A stretch of 64,000 nucleotides of DNA from Octopus sinensis. Its lineage: Eukaryota. Position 1 is the first letter of the stretch, and each line of letters begins with the position of its first letter. The notes beneath the pieces were generated by a model. That model did no database searches, was not told the DNA's origin, and saw only the letters and a program-made list of their open reading frames with translations. A program made the position numbers and the translations under genes. The stretch is from positions 84,072,001-84,136,000 of the forward strand of contig NC_043001.1 in the NCBI RefSeq assembly GCF_006345805.1. The letters are read 5' to 3'. Below, in pieces: positions 25,393 to 39,614 of the stretch.

Positions 25393-25551
25393 TACCCCCT
25401 CCTCACCCACAGCCTGTAACCCATTCATGTCGCCCTAATTGTTTTGAGAGGTGTGGTGATTAGTATCCAAAATACGTCGTCTGTTGGAAATAACACTTCG
25501 AACTAATGTTGAGACAATGTAAGCACATACATACATACATACATACATACA

Positions 25552-25584
<33 letters not shown>

Positions 25585-25666
25585 GTGTCTTCTACTATAG
25601 CCTCGGCGATCATAGCCTTGTGAGTGAATTTGGTAGACGAGTAGACGGAAACTGAAAGAAGCCCTC

Positions 25667-25718
<52 letters not shown>

Positions 25719-25942
25719 GTGTGTGTATATATTTGTATGCCTGTGTTTGTCCCCCAACATCGCTTGACAACCGATGCTGGTGTGTTTACGCCCCCGTACC
25801 TTAGCGGTTCGGCAAAAAAGACCGATAGAATAAGTACTAGGCTTACAACGAATACGTCCTGGGGTTGATTTGCTCGACTAAAGGCGGTGCTTCAGCATGG
25901 CCACAGTCACATGACTGAAACAAGTAAAAGAGTAAAAGAGTA
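25585..25942 (+). mobile_element. SINE-B, 5'-truncated
   Basis: Family-B body and tail. Confidence 0.85.
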
Positions 25943-26659
25943 ATATATATATATATATATAAGAGTAACACACAAGCCCCTTTATTCTCTCTTCTCACAT
26001 ATCCTGCGCATAATGTAACAGCGAATGTCGCAATAAGTGAAGTTGGTATGGAGCTTTCTCAAAGATATGTATAGCATTCGCTAGTGGTAGCAAAACTCTT
26101 GTTTAAAAGTTGATTCTTTGGGACGAATCATATGTGATTGTTTAAAAAAAACTAGAACCTCAATGCTAAAACGTATTTGACACAATGGACAATAGTCGAA
26201 ATATCATAATGGATGGGTAAATAAGCATCCTTAAAGTGAAACAACGCAAAGGAAAGGTAATCAAAGGTACTAACAAATAGAAGAGAACATCACCTTTCAA
26301 GTAACTCAGAATAGGTAAAGGTAAGCTTGCCAAAGTTTAATGCAGCTTAAATATGGAGATTAAGATTGTTTGGTACTGGATATTCATCGCGTAGTGTTCC
26401 TAGTCAATTTAATCACAGTCAAAAATATTATCTAATGCCAACATACGATGATATAGATTAAAATGGTATGGAAGACCCTACATACAAAAAAAAACTATGT
26501 GCATACAACGAATTTGGAAAATAATTAAAATTAACATGAGCATTTATTTACATGAAAGAAAATGAATAGAGACATAACACGTGTTTTGCTAAAAATACAT
26601 TTTTAAAAATAAATTTTTAAATTAACATAAACATTTATTTACATGAATACAAATCCTGT

Positions 26660-26920
26660 TTCCTGACTGGGTCACCGCGCAGGTGGACAATCGAAGTAAA
26701 TAAATGGACAAAATCCTTGCACGTTTATAAAAGAATTAAAAAAGTATGGAGGACCCTACATACGAAAAGCTATGTCCATTTACATCCATTTACACGGGAG
26801 TTCAGGTCATAACCATCCTTGGCACATAACTAATGTATGCGTAAAGTTTGGAGAAAATCGGTTGAGAATTGTGGAAATGTATGCGTTAGTCATTATACAC
26901 ACACACAGTGCGATTTTAAT
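26660..26920. repeat. Unclassified interspersed repeat; about 123-bp inverted copy at 29262-29385
   Basis: caggtggacaatcgaagtaaataaatgga...tttacacgggagttc present in both places on opposite strands. Confidence 0.7.
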
Positions 26921-26926
26921 GTGCTA

Positions 26927-27134
26927 TATGTGACCTCGTGTGTACCGTTGGCGATTTTTTTCTCTCTGTCTTCCCTTCTCTGGATCTTTCCTTCTCCTAT
27001 GTTTCCGACGAAGAGCTCCGCTCGAAACGTTAAACCCTCCTTCTTTCCTTCTTTCCTGAGCGTCCAATAATACTATATTTGTTCCACGTCCTCGTGCTGT
27101 TGTGTTTTTTTGTGCTTCTTGTTTGGATTAACTT

Positions 27135-27135
<1 letters not shown>
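26927..27135 (+). mobile_element. Copy of the about 210-bp CCGACGA hammerhead-like element (motif 27001-27035)
   Basis: gtttccgacgaagagctccgctcgaaacgttaaac; ends ggattaact followed by (TA)n. Confidence 0.7.
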
Positions 27136-27166
<31 letters not shown>

Positions 27167-27168
27167 GA

Positions 27169-27206
<38 letters not shown>

Positions 27207-27249
27207 GATTCGTTTGGTTTCGTTTCTTCTTCTTCTTCTCTAAGCTGGT

Positions 27250-27315
<66 letters not shown>

Positions 27316-27317
27316 TA

Positions 27318-27548
27318 AGGCGAGCTGGCAGAAACGTTAGCGCGCCGGGCGTAAAGCTTAGCGCGTATTTCGTCTGTCGTTACGCTTCTCTGAGTTCAAA
27401 TTCCACCGAGGTCGACTTTGCCTTTCATCCTTTCGGGGTCGATAAATAAAGTACCAGTTTCGCACTGGGGGCGATATAATCGACTTAATCCGTTTATCTG
27501 TCCTTGTTTGTTCCCCTCTATGTTTAGCCCCTTGTGGGTAGTAAAGAA

Positions 27549-27581
<33 letters not shown>

Positions 27582-27912
27582 GCGCAGGAGTGGCTGTGTG
27601 GTAAGTAGCTTGTTTACCAACCACATGGTTCTGGGTTCAGTCCTACTGCGTGGCACCTTGGGCAAGTGTCTTCTACTATAGCCTCGGGCCGACCAAAGCC
27701 TTGTGAGTAGATTTGTCTCCCTAGCATTGCTTGACAACCGATGCTGGTGTGTTTATGTCCCCGTTACTTAGCGGTTCGGCAAAAAGAGACCGATAGAATA
27801 AGTACTAGGCTTACAAAAAGAATAAGTCCCGGTGTCGAGTTGCTCGATTAAAGGCGGTGCTCCAGCATGGCCGCAGTCAAATGACTGAAACAAGTAAAAG
27901 AGTAAAAGAGTA
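27318..27912 (+). mobile_element. SINE-A (27318-27550) followed by SINE-B with internal deletion (27581-27912)
   Basis: Family consensus matches. Confidence 0.9.
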
Positions 27913-28003
27913 ATATATATATATATATATATATTTATACATATAAGATCACACGCACACACACGCACGTGCGCACGCACACACACATGTACGCATGTAT
28001 ATA

Positions 28004-29255
28004 CAGCCTTGGTCAAAATTATGGACCAGCTATGAAAAATAGAGAATACGATTGAGACACATTTACTTAATAATTAAAAACAGTATGATAAACATTCCAG
28101 AGTCCATTCCATCCATAATTAATATTTGATGTGCCCTCCTTTTGCTTTTATAACCGCTTTTATGCGTTTTTGCATACTTGAGACTAAGTTGGCGCAAGTG
28201 GCTGGGTCAATTTTCCGCCACTCTTCATGAATTTTGTCTTCTAATTAGCATTTTAAAGAACATTTGTGCACCCTCACACTTGTGCTTAAGTGTCACCTCA
28301 ATTGTTCAATGAGATTGAGGCCTGGAGACTGAAGGGACCATTTCATCACCTTCATCTCTTTCTCCTCAAACTAACCCATTGAGACTCTGAATATGTGTTG
28401 CATGGAGCATTGTATAGGATGTTATCATTGAACATTTTAGTTGAGGAAGGTTGATAAACTTGATCTAACACGCTGGTGTGCTGGAATTCCTTCTGCCTCT
28501 TCCAAATTTGACTGTTGGGACCACACATCCAGGATGATAAGCCCCCCCCCTTAAATCTACAGCGAATATAAACAGCTCCATGGGTTCCAAATATCTGAGG
28601 AGAAAAAACAATTACTGATCATTTTTGCTATCAAATAAAAAATACGTACAAGTGTCAGAATTTCAATTATGCGGTGGAAATGAATGTGGAGAACTTAACT
28701 TAAAGTTACTTTCATCAGACCAAACAAATTTAGTCCAATCATCAACAGTTTAATCTTCATACTCTTTTGCTCAAGAAAATCGCGTCTTCATGTTCACCTC
28801 AGTCAACAACGGCTTCTTTCTGGCTTTACATTCTTTGAGCCCAGCTTCTAATAACCTTCTTCTCACTGTGCGAGTTGATATGTCCTTGTTTGTTAGCACC
28901 CGAAACTCAGCAGCTACGTCAAAAGATACCGTTTCCAAATCCAACAGAGGTGTCCTCTTTAGCAACCTCGTGGTTGTACATTTTTGCAACCTCACCCTCT
29001 ACGGTTTTTGAAAGAATTGGCCTCATTGTACTTTTTGATGGAGTATTTCAATTTTCTTGCAATTCCAGCCTGGGAGAATCCTTCACTTGATAATGAAATG
29101 ATATGAGCCCTTTCAGCTTCAGGAATCTCTTTCTTCGGAGACATTTTCAACAAATATTAACCACTGATAAGTTATCAATAAAATATTCACTAAATGAATA
29201 GGAAAACTGTGTGTGACACAATGAGTGGAAGAAAATTCACCCAGCCACTTAGTCT
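28004..29255 (-). mobile_element. Decayed Tc1-like DNA transposon
   Basis: ISTRTVRRRLLEAGL..ARKKPLL (ORF 28771-28995), VWSDES, W..QSP.LN.IE and SMQKRIKAVIKAKGGHIKY motifs; TA-cagccttggtcaaaatt terminus at 28004; other end not recognised. Confidence 0.85.
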
Positions 29256-30328
29256 CGCTTAGAACTCCCGTGTAAATGAACGTAAATGGACATAGCCTTT
29301 TGTATGTAGAGTCGTCCATACTTTTTGAATTCTTTTATAAACGTACAAGGATTTTTTCCATTTATTTACTTCGATTGTCCACCTGGAAAAGAAAGATGGT
29401 CACGTGAGGAAAAGAAGAATGGACGAGGTCACGTGTGAGCAACGAGAGAGAGAGAGAGAAAAGAGAAAGCGTGGTGGGAGGAGAGAATATATATATATAT
29501 GTATAACTACACGGGAAAGTTTTTGAATTTGGATAAGTTTGTACAAAGTGGAGACAAGAGGAATCTGACGTTTAGAAGCTGTGCTTTCGCCGAGATAGCT
29601 AGCTTGTTAGTTGGTTAATTAGTTAATTAGTTATTTTGTTAGCTAGTTAGATAGCTAGCTAGATAGATAGGGAAATAACTAAATAGAGGGGCAGATAGGT
29701 AGACTCATCGACAGAGAGGGCAAGAGAGAGATAAGGTGCGAGAAAGCGAGAGAGAGAGAGGGAGAGAGAGTGAGAAAGAGAGGGGGGAGAGAAAGAGAGA
29801 GAAAGAGAGTGGAGAGATAGAAATAAAGAGGATTGGCGGACAGAGGGATCTATTTCCAAACGAATTTTATTTTCTTTCATGGGAAAAGTGAGTTTTGAAA
29901 TTCAGATTCGGCTTCTCACAGCAATCGAATATATATATATATAATATATATATATATATATACTATATATATATATATATATTATATATATATATGTATA
30001 TATAAGTCAGGGAAATGCACTCTGTCAGTAGGATGGGTATAATAATCGAAGTGTGCAGTATTGTATATCCATTACGGCCAATCATACCAATCCTTTTGGT
30101 AAGATCGATAGTAATGGATATATTATACTGTACATTTCGACTCTATAAGTTATTTACACCTGGATACAACTCACTCAACAAGAGCTCCCCATTCGTATGG
30201 ACCATGATGCCACAAAACTTGACTTGAAAAGGATTTAGCTAATTCTATCAGGTAGTGCTATTAAGTTAAACACTGCCAGGACCAATCATTGGTCGAAACA
30301 TATCTAAGTATATCTAAGTATATATATA

Positions 30329-30661
30329 CCTTGGGCAAGTGTCTTCTAATATAGCCTCGGGCCGACCAAAGCCTCGCGAGTGGATTTCGTAGACGGAAAC
30401 TGGAAGAAGCCCGTCGTATATATGTATATATATATATTTATATGTATGTGTGTGTATATGTTTGTGTGTCTGTGTTTGTCCTCCGAACATCGCCTGACAA
30501 CGGATGCTGGTGTGCTTACGTACCCGTAACTTGGCAGTTCGGCAAAAGAGACGGATAGAATAAGTACTAGGCTGACAAAGTATAAGTCTTGGGGTCGATT
30601 TGCTCGACTAAAGGCGGTGCTCCAGCATGGCCACAGTTAAATGACTGAAACAAGTAAAAGT
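30329..30661 (+). mobile_element. SINE-B, 5'-truncated
   Basis: Family-B body and tail. Confidence 0.85.
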
Positions 30662-30776
30662 ATATATATATATATATATATATAGTAAGGAAAAATTTAA
30701 AAAAAAAATGCAGAATGCTCAAATGAAAGAAAATTTTAATAAAATGAGAAAATGATAAAATATATAAATGTATATT

Positions 30777-30817
30777 TATTCAACCGGTTTTCGTCATTGT
30801 ATGACTTGTCAAGAATA
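30777..30817 (-). ncRNA. Hammerhead-like motif (U3-A8 variant) in PLE 3' repeat; inverted copy at 32556-32596 (+)
   Basis: TATTC-TTGACAA-GTCAT aca ATGAC-GAAA(A)-ccgg-TT-GAATA. Confidence 0.7.
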
Positions 30818-31459
30818 TTTATGTTTTAAGAAGTTTTTTTTAAAAATTAGAAGAGGGGAAAAAAAGAAAATTGCATTGTTTTTTGTAAAAGAATAATGAT
30901 AAAAATGTACAAAAATTAAAAATAAGTTCTCCGATACATTGTGAGTTCGTTGTGTATCTTGCGTTTTATGGTTGTTTACGAAAAAATTACCTTGAGGTGT
31001 TAAGATCCAAAGGGATTAAGAGCATGTGTTGTGTTGTGTTGTTAAATCAGCATGTTTGCAGGACAGGAAGTAGTAGTAATTGTGGTCCTGTTCTTCAGTT
31101 CCTGTGTTGTGAGTAAGGGGAGACAAATCTTTTGAGTTCTTCAATAAAACCCAAATTATAAAACTATCATTTTAGCTTCATTTGCATTATCTTTTTTATA
31201 TAATTGCTTGTTAACTTAACTTTCAGATTTTAACACTTTATTTACATTATTTTCTAATAATATAAATCTGCATAGACAATTGCATTTCAAATTGTCATAT
31301 CATTTATAATAAAAATGATAGTAATAACAACAATAGTAAAAATGATATTTAAAGAATATAAGTTTTAGCTTGAAGTGATGAATGCATGGTATCTTTATAT
31401 ATTTGTGTTAGTCCATCCATGAAAAGTGAGGTAGAGAAAGGAAGTTTGATCAACGAGGA

Positions 31460-32410
31460 GTTTGCATATTAAGTTGTGTTTGGAATTTTTCAATAAAGAG
31501 ATTCTCCTTGTTAATTCTCTCCTGTGTGGTGATCCCGTCTTTACATTGGTAGAAGGGGAATATATAGAATTTGGGTTTAAGTCTTTAGCACATGAGTCTA
31601 AGTGGTCACTCAGTGGAATTTGTCGGTATTCCGGGAGATTTATTTGTTTTTATGCACCGTTACTCGTTTACGTAACGGGAGACTCGTTTGTCCAACATAA
31701 TTATGTTGGCAACCAGCGCATGTGAGAACGTAGATAAGGTTCTCGGAGGAACAGGAGAAGTTAGACTTGATTTTAAACTTCGTACCTTGTTTGAAGGTAA
31801 ATTCAGAGCCTTCAAGTAGAAAGGGGCAGGTACCACAGTTTGAGCGTGCACATTTTTTTACTGTTGGGGGTGGATGTGGTGTGTGAAGTTTGGCATTTGT
31901 CAAGAGTTTTTTAAAGATTTGTGTTGCCTTTTGCATTTGAGGATTTTGTGTGTATTTATAATATTTTTCATTTTTGGGTCTGTTGACAGTAGACTGGGTT
32001 TTGTATGATTGTGGTGTATGCTTCGATATTTTTGGGTTGTGGGTGGAAATGTATGGAAGTATTTTGAGGTTGTGTGTGGTGTTAGGTTGGGTGGTTTCAG
32101 TGTAGTGTTGTCTAGTTCTTTGGCGCGTTTTATTCCATACTCTATAAGGGTGGAGGGATATTGACGCTGTAATAGTGTTTTTTGAGGTCTTGAAGGCGTA
32201 TTTCTCGTGTTTTTGGATCCGAGACAATGGTGCTACCCTTTTAGCTAATTGAAAGGGATATTTGTCTTGGTGTGTTTTGGGTGGCATGAACTAAAGAGAG
32301 GAGGTATTGTTGTGAGTCTGTAGGTTTGTGGTAGATGTCTGTTATGATTTGGTTCTTAGGTGTTTTTATAATTAGGAGATCAAGGAATGGGAGATGATGT
32401 TTGCTTAATT
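31460..32410 (-). pseudogene. PLE reverse transcriptase C-terminus plus Cys-rich linker plus GIY-YIG endonuclease (frameshifted)
   Basis: LPFLDL..TDIYHKPTDSQQYL..SCHP; CARSNCGTCP; CSSENLIYVLTCAGCQHNYVGQT..LRKRVTVH; PLSDHL..KENLFIEKFQTQLN. Confidence 0.9.
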
Positions 32411-32903
32411 CCGGAGAATTTATTTTTTAATTTTTGTACATTTTTGTACATTTTGTACATTTTGTACATTTTTATCATTATTCTTTTACAAAAAACAATG
32501 CAATTTTCTTTTTTTCCCCTTTCTAATTTAAAAAAAAAACTTCTTAAAACATAAATATTCTTGACAAGTCATACAATGACGAAAACCGGTTGAATAAATA
32601 TACATTTATATATTTTATCATTTTCTCATTTTATTAAAATTTTCTTTCATTTGAGCATTCTGCATTTTAAAAAAAAATTTTTCCTTACTTATCATTTCTC
32701 CACGTGCGGTCAACACAACCCCACCATTTATTGATCTATATATATATATATATATATATATTTGTGTGTGTGTGAGTATACATATATATATGTGTATATG
32801 TATATACATGTATATACATGTGCATATTAATATGTATTTATTTTTATGCATATACACACGTATCACATACACATACACACACAAACAAGCACACATACAC
32901 ACG

Positions 32904-32935
<32 letters not shown>

Positions 32936-33265
32936 AAGAAAACAAGCTGATTAGAAATACTGACAACTTAATTCAGTATATACCGTTCAATATGTAAAAT
33001 GCCGCAAGTTTTACACACGATCAAACCACCAACTCATTAGACTTAATTATTTATGAATAATTAATGACTAGATCTGCCTCGTCCATTAAAATACTTTCAC
33101 CGCTGCCAGGATGTAGAAGTTACGGTGTTTATCAAGGCCTTCCATAGAAACATTGATAAATTATTTATTTCAGATGCAGTAATCGATGTCGGTCAGCAAC
33201 ATCGAATTAATAATGACCTTGTGATGTACGGTCAGTAATGTATTGCACACACACACACACACACA

Positions 33266-33330
<65 letters not shown>

Positions 33331-33569
33331 CCAGCTCTATGTTTGTCTCTATGTACATGTACTTATGTACATAAATCCACTTATGTACATATGCATACTG
33401 TCATACACCCGCACGGACATACATACGCATACACACGCATTTGTATGTATGTATGTATGTATGTATGTATGTATGTATGTATGTATGTATGTATGTGTGT
33501 GTGAGTGCGTATGTATGTTTACACATGCGCGCGCACGCACGCACTCGCACGTACACACACACACACGCA

Positions 33570-33734
33570 TGGCTGTGTGGTAAGAAGTTTGCTTCCCAAC
33601 CACATGGTCCCAGGTTCAGCCCCACTGCATGGCACCTTCAGCAAGTGTCTTCTACTATAGCCTCGGGCCGACCAAAGCCTTGTGAGTGGATTTGGTAGAC
33701 GGAAACTGAAAGAAGACCGTCGTGTATATGGATG

Positions 33735-33774
<40 letters not shown>

Positions 33775-34145
33775 TTTGTGTCTGTGTTTGTCCCAATCCT
33801 TTCACCGCTTGACCGGTAATGGTGTGTTTTCGTCCCCGTAATTTAGCGGTTCGGCAAAAAGAGACGGATAGAGTAAATACTAAGCTTTAAAATGAAATAA
33901 GTACTGGGGTCAATTCATTCGACTAGAAACCCTTCAAAGAGGTGCTGCAGCATGGCCACAATCAAATGACTGAAACAAGGAAAAGGGTAACAGAATATAT
34001 AGAGATATGAGTTCAAATTCCGACGAGGTCGAATTTGCCTTTCATCCTTTCGGGGTCGATAAATTAAGTGCACGTTGCGTACTAAGGTCGCGTACTAAGG
34101 CCCCCTTCCCACAAAATCTCAGGCCTTGTGCCTAGAGTTGAAAAG
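33570..34145 (+). mobile_element. SINE-B (33570-33990) plus partial SINE-A (34008-34145)
   Basis: Family matches. Confidence 0.8.
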
Positions 34146-34253
34146 AATATATAGAGATATACATGCATATACATACATACAAATGTATACACACACGCAC
34201 ATATATACGTATGTGTGTTTACACACATACACCACACACACAGACACACAGAA

Positions 34254-34284
<31 letters not shown>

Positions 34285-34293
34285 CAATATATA

Positions 34294-34342
<49 letters not shown>

Positions 34343-34413
34343 ATATATATCTGTGTATGTTTCTATATGCATATCTCTCTCTCCCCCTCTTTCTCCGTCT
34401 GTCTATCTATCTA

Positions 34414-34471
<58 letters not shown>

Positions 34472-34512
34472 CTCTCTCTTCTCTCTCTCTCTCTCTCACT
34501 CCTCTCTCTCTC

Positions 34513-34561
<49 letters not shown>

Positions 34562-35647
34562 TATACACATACATATATATATACACATACATATATATAT
34601 ACACACACATACGTGTACATAAGAGTATGTGTTTGTGCATGCACGTAAGGCTCTCAAAATATATATAAATTCTTGTGTTGAAATCCCTTAAAAGATCGAT
34701 AAAAGAAGCACCAAATCCAAATAGCGGGATGCATTTAATTGCAAATATTCATTCCAAACACGTGTGACCTTATTCTTATGTTAGAGATCGATATTACAGG
34801 TGAGAGGCCGGGAGCAATGGTGGTGGAGGGGATGGTGGCGGTGGGGATGTATGAGATAGTATAAACCTGATATAGTCTATGGTGACACTGAATTTGAATT
34901 TAATATAATATTTAGAACAGGTGTGTGGTTAGAGAAATAACAGAGACAACAATAGCACCCCCGTCCCCGAGCCAACAACAACAACAACAACAGCAGCAGC
35001 AGCAACACCACCACCACCAACAACAACAGCAGCAGCAGCAACACCACCACCACCACCAACAACAACAACCACAACAACACCACCACCACCACCACCACTA
35101 ACAACAACAACAACAACAACAACAAGAGTAACAATGGAAAGTTTCTACCTGGTTGTTCGACTTTCTAGAAAGAGCAGCCAAATCCCCTTCGAAATGCAGC
35201 CTATAATCTCAGGAGAAAACAAAGTCGGACAATGTGGTCCTGAGTTTCCTATAGATAGGAAAAAAGACAAGATGGTCACAAGTGGAATGGTTTTGAACAT
35301 AGATTTTACTCGATCAGAGCTGGCCTAGGGTTAAACAACAATGCTGCAGCAATGGTGTGTGTTATTGCCGATCCACCCGGTAGAGCAGCCAAATGTCTTT
35401 AAACCGCGATCTGACGTTGTGGAAAAAAAATAAGGCACATTAAATAATGTAGTCCAAGATACACTAGATCTGAATAAATTGTGAGGTATAGTGCTTGGAG
35501 GCTGGAAAAGTTTTGATTATAGGTCTACTGGATGAACGCGATCCCAGGGCTAAACATGAGCAAAGCTAACTAAATCTGAGTCAATGAAGGGTCATTTATG
35601 CTAACGGTCAAATTGAGATTTAACTATTATTCGTATGGGTGACAAAA

Positions 35648-35975
35648 CGGCGAGCTGGCAGAATCGTTAGCACGCCGGACAAAATGCTTAGCAGTAATTC
35701 GTCTTTCCTTACATTTTACATTCTGGGTTCAAATTCCACCCGTGTCAACTTTGACTTTCATCCTTTCAGGTTCGATAAAATAAGTACCAGTTGAGCACCG
35801 GGATCGATGTAATCAACTAGCCCCTCCCCAAATTTCGGGCCAAATTTCCTATCGGTAGCAAATCAGTAGAACCGTTAGAATGCCTTCCGGTATTTGTTCC
35901 GATGCTCTGCACTCTGTGTTCAAATCCAGCCGAAATCAACTTTATCTTTTAACCTTTCAGAGTCGATAAAAAGAT
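35648..35975 (+). mobile_element. SINE-A plus older SINE-A-like copy
   Basis: ggcgagctggcagaatcgttagcacgcc head; gttcaaat B-box. Confidence 0.75.
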
Positions 35976-36553
35976 ACGAATCCAGAGCAGTAGGTTAGTG
36001 GAACTATTAGGAGGGTGGGTAAGATGCTCTTCAATATCTATTCCGGCTCTTTGTGTTCTAAATGAAATGTCTGAGACGACTCTGGCGCTAACCTGTATCG
36101 GCCCAAATTAGCAGCTTTTTTCTTGGATAAACAGCGGTGTAGGGTAGAGGGGAGACTTACACAGGTAATTGCAGGTCTTCCTTTAAAAATATTGCCAAAA
36201 CTTGACATATGGAGTAAGTGAAGGTGTATTGTTGACCTAGAACAGCTACCATTTCTCATAGGTCCAACCACCAGATAGAGGCTGTTCTGTTGAACCAGCA
36301 AAACTTATTTACCCATGGTAACAAGGTGAATCTTAACCACCTATTTTTAGTCAGTGGATTAAACAACTAGATGAACACTACATACTCACGGTAGCTCAGT
36401 TAACTCAGTTAATGGACTGTCGTTTTGATCCATATAATCTCTTGTTGATGATACCTATGATGAAAGGCGTTCCGGCCTTGAACATCCTCTTTATATTCAG
36501 ACACAGCATCTCCCTGAACTATACTATTCAATCAATGATTCACATTACTAGTG

Positions 36554-36862
36554 AAGGCGCAAGACTCAGTGGTTAGAGCGTCAAGCTCACAATCATGAGG
36601 TTGTGAGTTCGATTCCCGGACCAGGCTCTGTGTTGTGCTCTTGAGCAAGACACTTTATTTCACGTTGCTTCAGTTCACTCATCTGTAGACATGAGTTGTG
36701 ATGTCACTGGTACCAAGCTGTATTGTCCTTTGCCTTTCCCTAGGATAACATTGGTGGCGTGGGGGAGAGGTGGCTGGTATGAATCGACGACTTCTGGTCT
36801 TCCATAAACAAATTTCCCCGAACTTGTAGTCCGGAAGGGAACTTTCAAGGTGCAATCTCATT
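36554..36862 (+). mobile_element. tRNA-headed SINE family D
   Basis: actcagtggttagagcg..gagttcgattccc, then cttgagcaagacactttatttcacgttgc; copy at 44128-44478 (-). Confidence 0.8.
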
Positions 36863-37288
36863 TTACTCTCACAATATTATGACGGTGGAGTATGATATGA
36901 GGGAGAGTCGGTTGCTATGTCTAACACTTCGAGTAATGAAATAGCGGCTTATTCGTTTGGCGAGATGGGCTGTATTCTCATCTAGACGAGATTGATTGTA
37001 TTTGCCTAAGAATTTAGCTATCATGTTTATAGCTACTTTACTGGTCGTACCATCATAGCATCATGGCTGTAACAAGAAAAATAGAAAAAAAGAACATGAC
37101 TTTTATTAATGGTGTTCTTATATTTCACAAGTTCCTGTTAAATAGGGTATCTCATTATTTCTTAGCCATAATTCCGCAGAGATCAACTTTGCCTTTCATC
37201 TGCGGGAAAAAAAAATTGGTGGAATAAGTACCAGACTTAAGTAGGTACTGAAATCGATTTTTCAGACTAAACGCTTTAAGGTGGTGCC

Positions 37289-37443
37289 TACCAACCACAT
37301 GGTTCTGGGTTCAGTCTCACCGCGGAACACCTTGGGCAAGTGTCTTTTACTATAGCCTCAGGCCGACCAAAGACTTGTGAGTGGATTTGGTAGACGGAAA
37401 CTGAAAGAAGCCCGCCGTTTATATATATATATGTGTGGTGTGT

Positions 37444-37493
<50 letters not shown>

Positions 37494-37681
37494 CCAACAT
37501 CACTTGACAACCGATGCTGTTGTGTTTACGTCCCAGTCACTTAGCAGTTCGGCAAGAGAGACCGTTAGAATAAGTACTAGGCTTACAAAGAATAAGTCCT
37601 GGAGTCGATGTGCTTCAACTAAAGGCGGTGCTCCAGCATGGCCACAGTCAAATGACTGAAACAAATAAAAGTATAGGAAGA

Positions 37682-37717
<36 letters not shown>

Positions 37718-38106
37718 GTATGCATGTGTGTGTGTGTGTGTATGTGTATGTTTGTGTGTGAGTATGTACTCTATGTGTGAAAATTTTAAAATCAAATTTG
37801 CAATCGGCTACATACAGAACAATACAGAGAAGTTTCCCTCCCTACATCACAGAGTTATACCGTAGTTGTTTCCCTTGCATTGTAATGTTTAGTATACAAG
37901 TTATATATTTCGAAGATATCCAACGAAGGGCTCTGTCTACCAGATGGGCATTAAAATGTGAAATCATCGATGATCTGGCTATGTCCGCAGCTGTCGGGAG
38001 ATCGCCTCCCTTGTCGGTCATTACAATAGTGCTTATGGTGGTTATTAAGTTGTTTTAACTTAGCAATATTAGTACTGGTTAGTGCCCTTTGTCACTTTAG
38101 TGACGT

Positions 38107-38152
<46 letters not shown>

Positions 38153-38175
38153 CTCTCTCCGTATATATAATATAT

Positions 38176-38226
<51 letters not shown>

Positions 38227-39571
38227 CGCTATAGAGTCCGCTCGAACGGACAGCCATGTTAAAGTGGCTACGAATATTATTTAGAAAGATTTTACAACTA
38301 GCATTTTTGCTTATACATACATAAATACATACATACATACATACATACATACATACATACATACATACATACATACATACATACTCATACACACACACAC
38401 CACACACACACACACGTATATATGTATATATGTATACATGTATGTATGTATTTGTGTGCGTGCGTGCGTGTGTGTGTGTGTGTGTGTGTGTCTGTGTTTG
38501 TTTCCCCACTGCAACCGCTTGACAACTAGTGTTGGTGTGTTTACGACTCCGTAACATAACGGTTCGGCGAAAGAGATATATAGAATAAGTACCAGGCTTA
38601 ACAGTAAGTCCTGGGGTCAATTCATTCGACTAAAATTCTTCAATGCTGTGCCCTATCATGGCCGCAGTCTAAAGACCAAGTCATATAAAAGATAAAAGGT
38701 AAGTGTGTCCCCCGCCCCACCACGACTTTGTTTCATTACAACTTTCAGGAAATGGATATCTTTTAATAGAATTATCTACAGATATATAGGCGCAGGACTG
38801 GCTGTGTGGTAAGTAGCTTGTTTACCAACCACATGGTTCCGGGTTCAGTCCCACTGCGTGGCACCTTGGGCAAGTGTCTTCTACTATAGCCTCGGGCCAA
38901 CCAAAGCCTTGTGAGTGGATTTGGTAGACGGAAACTGAAAGAAGCCCGTCGTATATATGTATATATATATATATATGCGTGTGTGTGTTTGTCCCCCTAG
39001 CATTGCTTGACAACCGATGCTGGTGTGTTTATGTCCCCGTTACTTAGCGGTTCGGCAAAAGAGATCCCGATAGAATAAGTACTGGGCTTACAAAAGAATA
39101 AGTCCCGGGGTCGAGTTGCTCGGCTAAAGGCGGTGCTCCAGCATGGCCGCAGTCAAATGACTGAAACAAGTAAAAGAGTAAAGAGTAAGAGTAAAGAGAT
39201 ATAAGGACCAACTCAAGACAACATTGGAAGCCATTGGAATTAAGCCTAAATTGACGTTGAAGGTACAAGGGAAATAACTCTTGCAAAATCTCTGTTGTCA
39301 AGGGAGAAGACCAGTTTTATCTCGGTGTTACAGAATTTCAAGGGAGGTAACTATAACGCACAAATCACTAAAATTGCCATGCTGGAGCACCGCCTTTAGT
39401 CGAGCAAATCGACCCCAGGACTTATTCTTTGTAAGCCTAGTACTTATTCTATCGGTCACTTTTGCCGAACTGCCAAGTGATGGGGATGTAAACACACCAG
39501 CATCGGTTGTCAAGCAATGTTTGGGGGGACAAACACAGACGAACATACACACACTCACACACACACACACA

Positions 39572-39614
<43 letters not shown>

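Larger units (their letters stand above)
30684..32689 (-). mobile_element. Penelope-like retroelement, 5'-truncated, with inverted copy of its 3' end (arms 30684-30933 / 32412-32689)
   Basis: About 250-bp near-perfect inverted arms enclose RT-thumb and GIY-YIG remnants; 3' end abuts (TA)n. Confidence 0.9.

Noticed and set aside
29314-29328. Apparent right TIR of the Tc1 element (gtccatactttttga)
   Set aside because: It lies within the 29262-29385 repeat, which is also present at 26680-26803, so the match is probably coincidental
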